From an uncultured Nitrososphaerota archaeon (GTDB lineage: Archaea; Thermoproteota; EX4484-205; JAAOZP01): a stretch of DNA of 64,000 nucleotides. The stretch covers positions 1 to 64,000 of the forward strand of contig CAYQCW010000010.1 in the NCBI GenBank assembly GCA_964416155.1, given 5' to 3'. A program made the position numbers and the translations under genes. The first letter of the stretch is position 1. Each line of letters begins with the position of its first letter. The notes under the pieces were generated by a model, which was not told the DNA's origin, did not search any database, and was given only the letters and a program-made list of their open reading frames with translations. This document shows, piece after piece, positions 58,202 to 64,000 of this stretch.

Positions 58202-58522
58202 CTAGAGTATTGTTATGTTTCTTTCCGAGAAGCCGTTTTTAGACAAATAGTTGTGGACCTTCTGCCTGTGGTCGCCCTGAAGCATTATAACATTGTTCTT
58301 AACGGTCCCGCCGCATGCGCAGTAAGTTTTAAGCTTCTTAGCAAGGCTGGCTAAGTCCACCTCTTTCGAATCAATGCCTTCGACTATAGTCATCTGCTTG
58401 TTCCACCTCGTCACCTCAAGCCTTATTGTTATTATCTGCTCCTCCTTACTTAGCTCCTCGAAAATTTCCTTGTCGTCAAACGGCTTTATCCTTTCACCTA
58501 ACGCTTCCTCTACCCCTACCAT
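58202..58522 (-). CDS. translation initiation factor aIF1 (SUI1)
   Basis: K.MTIVEGI...DL..LAKKLK..CACGGTVK...I.LQGDHR. Confidence 0.93.
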   Translation of the reverse strand: MVGVEEALGERIKPFDDKEIFEELSKEEQIITIRLEVTRWNKQMTIVEGIDSKEVDLASLAKKLKTYCACGGTVKNNVIMLQGDHRQKVHNYLSKNGFSERNITIL

Positions 58523-58597
58523 TTAGGCTTTGTTCGGTAGAAGGATTCTCTAGGATGCTTAAAAACCTTTTCAACCCCGCGGATAAAAAAAGAACCT

Positions 58598-59014
58598 TCA
58601 GGTTTCAACCCTAGCCTCCTCAGCTTTAAACTCGAACACGATGTCCCTGAGACTATCCGCAACCCCTTTTAAACGCTCCTTCAACGGGTAGTTCTTGTCA
58701 ATATCCGCAATAACCTCCCACTCAGCCAGTTTACCGGGCACTAGGGTTGTTGAGCTCGTTGCCACGAGATTTATTCCTGACGATGCGAGCGAGTTAGCAA
58801 CCTTCGCCAATGAGCCTGGTTGATCAGATATTTTAAAAACTATTCTGACGAAGATACCACCCTGCCGGGCGGGCATCAGCGTGAAAACGTTTCTTTCAGA
58901 ATCATATGTTCCAACAGTCTCAGACTGCGGCCTAAGCCCCATAAGGTCTCTGACAGCTTGAGGAATCAGGATTCTACCCCTATCATCTATTTTAAGCAGG
59001 TATGTTTTCGGCAT
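58598..59014 (-). CDS. AbrB/SpoVT-type DNA-binding domain fused to ACT domain; putative regulator
   Basis: KIDDRGRILIPQAVR..MGL (AbrB) plus DQPGSLAKVANSLASSGINL (ACT). Confidence 0.8.
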   Translation of the reverse strand: MPKTYLLKIDDRGRILIPQAVRDLMGLRPQSETVGTYDSERNVFTLMPARQGGIFVRIVFKISDQPGSLAKVANSLASSGINLVATSSTTLVPGKLAEWEVIADIDKNYPLKERLKGVADSLRDIVFEFKAEEARVET

Positions 59015-59083
59015 TCTTGCCCCACCTTAGGAGGCTTGGGAAAAGCTTATAAATATGTGGGTCCCCAATGGAACATCATTCCC

Positions 59084-60073
59084 ATGATATTCCCACCAAG
59101 GCCTATATGCCTAGACGCCAACGAAAACCCGTTCGGCCCGTCTCCAAGAGCCATAAATGCTTATTTTAAGACAGCTATGCGTCTAAACAGGTATCCGGAC
59201 TACGTTGAGTACAGAGAGTTTATCTCCAGCCGTCTAGGGCTACAGCCCTGGGAGGTTCTTCCAACACCAGGTAGCGACAGAGGGCTGCAGACCCTGCTGC
59301 AATGCTTGTCGAAAAACTACGCGCACATCGTAATACCTTCACCAGCCTTCCTTATGTACGCACGTTTCTCCAAGCCTTTCTTCAACAGGGTTGAGCAGCC
59401 TCCTTCTTGGCTGGGCAGGGGCTGGGACGCTGTCTTCAGCCTTTCAGGCAGCGACGCTGTCCTATTGTTAGGATCGCCGAACAATCCGACGGGGGAGGTT
59501 GTTGAAGAGAGCATTGTAAGAAGGTTTCTGAAGGAATTCGGGATGGTTATTGTGGATGAGGCATATGCCGAATACTACGGTAAAAGCTTCGTCTCATTTC
59601 TACGCGGCTTCAGCAACATAGTGTTAGTCAGGACTTTTTCTAAAGCATACGGGTTAGCGGGCTTAAGGTCTGGGTATCTTTTAGGGGAAAGCTCTGTTTT
59701 AAGAGAAGTCGAGAGAGCCATGGGGCCTTTCGATGTTCCAGCTCCGGCTGTGGAGGCTTCTAAGGCAGCTTTTGAAGACGAAGACTGGCTTAGAATGGTT
59801 GTTGAATCAACCTCCCTGAACAGGGCCTACATGGTCGACGCGTTGAACAGGCTTGACGGTGTAAAGACCTGTGATTCTAAGGCGAATTACGTCCCGATCT
59901 ATGTTGAAGACGCTCAAAGAGTTTTTGAGAAGCTTCTTGCCGAAAACATAAGGGTGCGTTTAGTAACATCTGAATGGGGAGGGGTTGAGAAAGCGTTTCT
60001 AAGAGTCACGGTTGGAACCATGGTTGAGCTGAAATGCTTCCTCAATGCTTTAAGGAGGACTCTGGCGAATTGA
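59084..60073 (+). CDS. hisC: histidinol-phosphate aminotransferase
   Basis: Start reassigned to MIFPP at 59084; LDANENPFGPS, NRYPD, SPNNPTG, DEAY.E, RTFSKAYGLAGLR.G. Confidence 0.92.
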   Translation: MIFPPRPICLDANENPFGPSPRAINAYFKTAMRLNRYPDYVEYREFISSRLGLQPWEVLPTPGSDRGLQTLLQCLSKNYAHIVIPSPAFLMYARFSKPFFNRVEQPPSWLGRGWDAVFSLSGSDAVLLLGSPNNPTGEVVEESIVRRFLKEFGMVIVDEAYAEYYGKSFVSFLRGFSNIVLVRTFSKAYGLAGLRSGYLLGESSVLREVERAMGPFDVPAPAVEASKAAFEDEDWLRMVVESTSLNRAYMVDALNRLDGVKTCDSKANYVPIYVEDAQRVFEKLLAENIRVRLVTSEWGGVEKAFLRVTVGTMVELKCFLNALRRTLAN

Positions 60074-60948
60074 GCAATCAGGTTTTCCTAGCCCTTCCCA
60101 GCAAGGGGAGGTTGTTCCAGCCTTCGCTTGAGCTACTGGGTTCATCAGGCCTGATAACCTATTTCCCCAATGATCGGAGTTACCAAGCGCTATCCCGTTT
60201 AAAAGGGCTTTCGATAGTGTTCAACCGCGCGGCAGATATTCCGAGGATGGTTGAAAACGGTGTTGTAGACCTAGGCATTACTGGGAGAGACCTTGTCAAG
60301 GAATCAGGCGTAGACGTTGAGGAGGTTCTTCCACTTAACTACGGTTACGCTAAGCTCGTGATCGCAGCACCCTCCTCAAGGTTCGGCGACCTGAATGATC
60401 TGCTTAAAAAAGAAGGCTTCAAAGTGGCAACCGAGTTTCCAAACATAGCGAGAAGCTTCTTCCAAAGCCTGAATGTTAACGCTGAAGTTATAAATGTTGA
60501 AGGAACCTCGGAGACGATGCCGAACCTCGGCCTATCCGACTGCATAGTCTCAGTGATGAGCACCGGCACAACGCTTCTAGTACACGGATTGAAGGTTCTT
60601 TCAACAATCATGGATTCGCAAGCAGTTCTAATAGGCAACAGGAACAGCCTTAAAAACCCTGAGAAGCAACCCATTATTGGAAGCATCGTATCGATTATTC
60701 AAGCAACCCAGATGGCTCAAGGAAAGAAGCTTCTGATGATGAATGTGCCTGAAGAATGCTTGAAGGAAGTTATTAGCTGCCTGCCCTGCATGAGCGGCCC
60801 CACGATCTCTAAAGTAGAGTCTCAGAAACCCATGTGGGAAGTTATTACTGTCGTGGATTCAGACAAGGTTTTCGAAGTGGTTTACAACGTTAAAAACAAA
60901 GGTGCGCGGGATATTCTCGTTCTAAACATCGATAAGGTGATTATTTGA
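60070..60948 (+). CDS. hisG: ATP phosphoribosyltransferase (long form)
   Basis: ALPSKGRL, R..DIP..V..G..DLGITG.D, VATEFPN, STGTTL, C-terminal PT.S...GA.DILV; TTG start at 60070. Confidence 0.95.
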   Translation: MSNQVFLALPSKGRLFQPSLELLGSSGLITYFPNDRSYQALSRLKGLSIVFNRAADIPRMVENGVVDLGITGRDLVKESGVDVEEVLPLNYGYAKLVIAAPSSRFGDLNDLLKKEGFKVATEFPNIARSFFQSLNVNAEVINVEGTSETMPNLGLSDCIVSVMSTGTTLLVHGLKVLSTIMDSQAVLIGNRNSLKNPEKQPIIGSIVSIIQATQMAQGKKLLMMNVPEECLKEVISCLPCMSGPTISKVESQKPMWEVITVVDSDKVFEVVYNVKNKGARDILVLNIDKVII

Positions 60949-61664
60949 TGAAGATAATTCCGTCGATAGATCTGATGAATTCAAAGAGAGTAGAGGTAGT
61001 AAGCCATGTGGTGGATAAGGCTCTTAAAGACTCTAACCCAGTTAAAATAGCAGTGTACTGGGAGAAAGCAGGCGCACACATGATTCACCTGGTTGACATA
61101 GATGCTGCCTTGAACACAGGGAGAAGTAACACCGGCATTATTAAGAAGATTATACGCTCAGTCGCGACACCGGTTCAAGTCGCGGGCGGAATCAGGATTA
61201 GGAGGCAGGTTGAAGACTTTCTTTCATATGGCGCTTCAAGGATCATTGTGAGGCTGAAGCCCTGCTCGATGGATGCTGTGGACGATTTCTCAGGCTTGGA
61301 GAAGATTGTTCTAGGAATAGACTATCTGGGGAGAAACATGTTTAGAGGCATCGGTAAGGAAAGCATCACTGTTAAGGAGGAGGAGGCCGCCACCTGGGTT
61401 TTAAAGGTTGACGACGCAACAGGTTTGAAAGGAATCCTTCTAACCGATGTTGGAAGAGAAGGCTCGCTGGCAGGGTTGCGCCGTGAAACGCTTTCTTTCT
61501 TATCCATTCTTAGGGAAACAGGCTTGGAGCTCATGTATGCTGGAGGAGTTTCCTCTCTAGAAGACATTTTGACTTTGAAAAAGACTGGTGTGGAAGGCGT
61601 GGTCGTAGGGAAAGCTTTATACAACGGGCTGCTAAGCCTAGAGGATTTAAGGAGGATTGTTTAG
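60945..61664 (+). CDS. hisA: ProFAR isomerase (divergent)
   Basis: IIPSIDL, HLVD.DAA, QV.GGIR, TD..REG...G, AGGVSS..D, G...GKALY; position in the operon. Confidence 0.85.
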   Translation: MMKIIPSIDLMNSKRVEVVSHVVDKALKDSNPVKIAVYWEKAGAHMIHLVDIDAALNTGRSNTGIIKKIIRSVATPVQVAGGIRIRRQVEDFLSYGASRIIVRLKPCSMDAVDDFSGLEKIVLGIDYLGRNMFRGIGKESITVKEEEAATWVLKVDDATGLKGILLTDVGREGSLAGLRRETLSFLSILRETGLELMYAGGVSSLEDILTLKKTGVEGVVVGKALYNGLLSLEDLRRIV

Positions 61665-61666
61665 GA

Positions 61667-62245
61667 TTGAGAACATCCATGGTTCGCAGAGAGACTGTTG
61701 AAACAGTAGTTGAGCTGGAGCTTACCTTGGACGGTGAAGGCGCGCACACTATAGAGACACCCTACCCTGTGTTCAACCACCTGCTCGGAAGCATGATTAG
61801 GTTCTCAGGCTTCAACCTTAGGCTCAAAGCTAGGAACATGGTTGAATGCGATGAACACCATTTAATCGAGGATGTTGCAATAGCTTTAGGCGAGGCTTTA
61901 AGGAGGGCTCTCGGCGAAAAAAGGGGGGTGAGCAGGTTCGGCTATTCTATTATCCCTATGGACGAGGTGCTCGCTTGTGTCTCACTAGACTTGAGTGGAA
62001 GACCATTCTTCTCCCACAACATGCAGTTTAACCAGACAACGGTCGGCAACATGGGAACCAGCATGATCCCACACTTCTTCCGAAGCCTTTCAAACTCATC
62101 CGGCTCGACGCTTCACATCCTGATATTTAGAAACGGTGATCCGCACCACTTGGCTGAAGCCGTTTTTAAAGCTGCGGGTCTCGCTTTCAAACAGGCGGTT
62201 ACAGTAACAGGTTCAACAATCCCGAGTGAAAAGGGGGCCTTGTGA
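61667..62245 (+). CDS. hisB: imidazoleglycerol-phosphate dehydratase
   Basis: R.T.ET, DEHH..ED..I.LG, RFG....PMDE, HH..EA.FKA, PS.KG.L. Confidence 0.95.
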   Translation: MRTSMVRRETVETVVELELTLDGEGAHTIETPYPVFNHLLGSMIRFSGFNLRLKARNMVECDEHHLIEDVAIALGEALRRALGEKRGVSRFGYSIIPMDEVLACVSLDLSGRPFFSHNMQFNQTTVGNMGTSMIPHFFRSLSNSSGSTLHILIFRNGDPHHLAEAVFKAAGLAFKQAVTVTGSTIPSEKGAL

Positions 62246-63009
62246 AAGAAATGGGTTTAACCAAGAGGATAATTCCGTGTCTTGACGTTTACGACGGCAT
62301 AGTGGTGAAGGGTGTCAAGTTTTCAAACCTTAAGAGAATAGGGGATCCTGCGGAGCTCGCTGTTAAATACATGGAGCAGTCTGCTGACGAAATAGTTTTC
62401 CTCGATATTTCCGCCACGCCAGAGGAGAGGGAAACCATGGTGGAAGTGGTTAAGAGGACCTCTGAGAACCTTTTCATCCCTCTGACCGTTGGGGGAGGAG
62501 TTAGAAGCGTGGAGGATTTCGGTAAGCTTCTTAGAGCAGGTGCAGACAAGGTTTCAGTCAATACTGCAGCCGTCAAGGATAGGAGCCTGGTTAGAAGGGC
62601 TAGCAGTATTTTCGGGCAGCAATGCGTCGTGGTCGCTGTCGACGCTAAAAGGACTGAGAAAGGATGGGATGTCTATGTTAAAGCTGGAAAAGAGCCGACT
62701 GGGCTTGACGCGCTTGAATGGATTAAGACATGCGAATACGAGGGTGCTGGCGAAATACTTTTAACAAGCATAGATGCGGACGGCACCAGACTAGGCTACG
62801 ATGTCGAACTCTTACAGGCGGCTAGGAGAAGCGTCAACATCCCTGTAATAGCCTCGGGCGGCGCCGGCTCACTGCAACACGTTTATGAGGCCCTTACCAG
62901 AGGGGGTGCTGACGCCGCGCTCATCGCTTCACTCCTGCACTATGATCAGTACAGCGTTTTAGAAATTAAGAAATGGCTAAAGGAGAGAGGGGTTGAAGTA
63001 AGGCTTTGA
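62242..63009 (+). CDS. hisF: imidazole glycerol phosphate synthase cyclase subunit
   Basis: [51 protein letters not shown]. Confidence 0.96.
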   Translation: MKEMGLTKRIIPCLDVYDGIVVKGVKFSNLKRIGDPAELAVKYMEQSADEIVFLDISATPEERETMVEVVKRTSENLFIPLTVGGGVRSVEDFGKLLRAGADKVSVNTAAVKDRSLVRRASSIFGQQCVVVAVDAKRTEKGWDVYVKAGKEPTGLDALEWIKTCEYEGAGEILLTSIDADGTRLGYDVELLQAARRSVNIPVIASGGAGSLQHVYEALTRGGADAALIASLLHYDQYSVLEIKKWLKERGVEVRL

Positions 63010-63287
63010 CCTTCGAGTATCTGGCTGAACTGTTCGAAGTCGTGAAAAACAGGGTGTGCGAGAAGCCTAAGGGGTCTTACGTCGCGAGTATTGTCGAAAT
63101 GGGAATGGACAGGGTTCTCGGAAAATTCGGGGAGGAGGCTTTTGAATTCGCCTCGGCAGTACAGGGTAACGGTGACAAGGTTGCGGAGGCAGCTGACCTT
63201 TTATTCCACTACCTTATAGTGTTGGCAGCATCCGGAGTAGAGCTTGATGAAGTTGTGAGAGAGCTCGAGAGAAGGCGTAGACACTGA
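63006..63287 (+). CDS. hisE: phosphoribosyl-ATP pyrophosphatase
   Basis: SY...., K.GEEA.E, E.ADL..H..V. Confidence 0.92.
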   Translation: MTFEYLAELFEVVKNRVCEKPKGSYVASIVEMGMDRVLGKFGEEAFEFASAVQGNGDKVAEAADLLFHYLIVLAASGVELDEVVRELERRRRH

Positions 63288-63910
63288 TGAAAAAAATACT
63301 GATACTTGATTGCGGAGTCGGAAATCTCGCGAGCATAAGCGCATCTCTTAAAAGAGTAGGGGCAGACGCGAGAATAGTCTCGTCAATAGTCTTTGAAGAG
63401 GGTTTCGACGGCCTAGTTATTCCAGGGGTTGGAAGCTATTCCGCCGCTTTTAAGAAGGTTGACGAGAACCGGGGGAGGATTATGAGCATCGTGGAGAATG
63501 GCCGCCCAGTGCTCGGAGTATGCTTAGGCCTGCAACTCATGTTCAACGGAAGCGAAGAAGGAAAGCAGGGTGAAGAGGGCCTAGGGTTTTTCAGAGGAAC
63601 TGTTAAAAAGATTCCTGTTAAACGGCTTCCACACATAGGCTGGAACAGCATAGAAATAGTAGGGAAATCCGTTATTCTGAACGGCTTAGAGAGTGGCGCT
63701 TACATGTATTTTGTACACTCCTACGCTCCCTTGGATTACGATGCGGATGACGCTGTCGCCTTCGCCAGCCACGGGGGCCTAAGATTCCCGGTTGTGTTCG
63801 AGAAGGGAAACGTTTTCGGTGTGCAGTTCCATCCTGAGAAAAGCTGGCAGCCTGGGCTAAGAATCCTTAGAAACTTCCTAAGCCTCTGCGGGGGTGAGAA
63901 AAATGTTTAA
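63287..63910 (+). CDS. hisH: imidazole glycerol phosphate synthase glutaminase subunit
   Basis: GNL.S, PGVG, GVCLG.QL, PH.GWN, YFVHSY, QFHPEKS. Confidence 0.95.
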   Translation: MKKILILDCGVGNLASISASLKRVGADARIVSSIVFEEGFDGLVIPGVGSYSAAFKKVDENRGRIMSIVENGRPVLGVCLGLQLMFNGSEEGKQGEEGLGFFRGTVKKIPVKRLPHIGWNSIEIVGKSVILNGLESGAYMYFVHSYAPLDYDADDAVAFASHGGLRFPVVFEKGNVFGVQFHPEKSWQPGLRILRNFLSLCGGEKNV

Positions 63911-64000
63911 AACAAGCATTGAGAAAACCAAGAGGATCATTTCCCAACTCAACTTTGAAAAAGGCCTGATCCCTGTGGTGGCGAGAAACTTTGATGGGGA
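63903..64000 (+). CDS. hisI: phosphoribosyl-AMP cyclohydrolase, 5' part (runs off right edge)
   Basis: MFKTSIEKTKRIISQLNFEKGLIPVVARNFDG matches the HisI start L.F.KGL.P.V; overlaps the hisH stop. Confidence 0.7.
   Translation, partial: MFKTSIEKTKRIISQLNFEKGLIPVVARNFDG

Noticed and set aside
58820-59083. N-terminal extension of hisC given by the ORF track
   Set aside because: It overlaps the divergent AbrB-ACT gene; a TATA box at about 59046 supports the start at 59084.
1-64000. CRISPR arrays, tRNA/rRNA genes, transposases, integrases; many antisense shadow ORFs
   Set aside because: No regularly spaced repeats, tRNA T-loop signatures in spacers or DDE/tyrosine-recombinase motifs were seen by eye. 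Shadow ORFs lie opposite well-supported genes.

Overview
A 64 kb chromosomal segment of a thermophilic TACK-type archaeon. Archaeal markers are Orc1/Cdc6, Cdc48, NucS, SmAP, aIF1/SUI1, deoxyhypusine synthase, TATA boxes about 25-30 nt before start codons and overlapping ATGA junctions. Non-pyrrolysine MttB plus many CAZymes suggests Brockarchaeota/Bathyarchaeia, which is an inference. Housekeeping genes are ppsA, mtnP, mtnA, cdc48, nucS, pgi/pmi, a leuB-like dehydrogenase, dys and a his operon (hisC-G-A-B-F-E-H-I) running off the right edge. Accessory blocks encode carbohydrate use (two GH5, GH94, GH18, an unknown GH-like protein) and a methyl/amine catabolic cluster. Most striking: (1) a translationally coupled luxE-luxC-SDR operon (acyl-protein synthetase, acyl reductase, short-chain reductase) with no luciferase or luxD; (2) probable pseudo-enzymes or regulators: a threonine-synthase homologue lacking the PLP lysine fused to a PadR-type HTH, a DeoC homologue lacking its Schiff-base lysine head-to-head with mtnA, and an AbrB-ACT protein divergent from the his operon; (3) a stand-alone DNA-ligase DNA-binding domain and an MscS-Ig fusion; (4) many short gene relics in spacers (TBP, SPASM, ATPase, FMN reductase, creatininase); (5) a 57 bp exact repeat between the two Cdc48 ATPase domains. 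I found no rRNA, tRNA, CRISPR array or intact transposase. Family calls come from motif recognition, not database searches.
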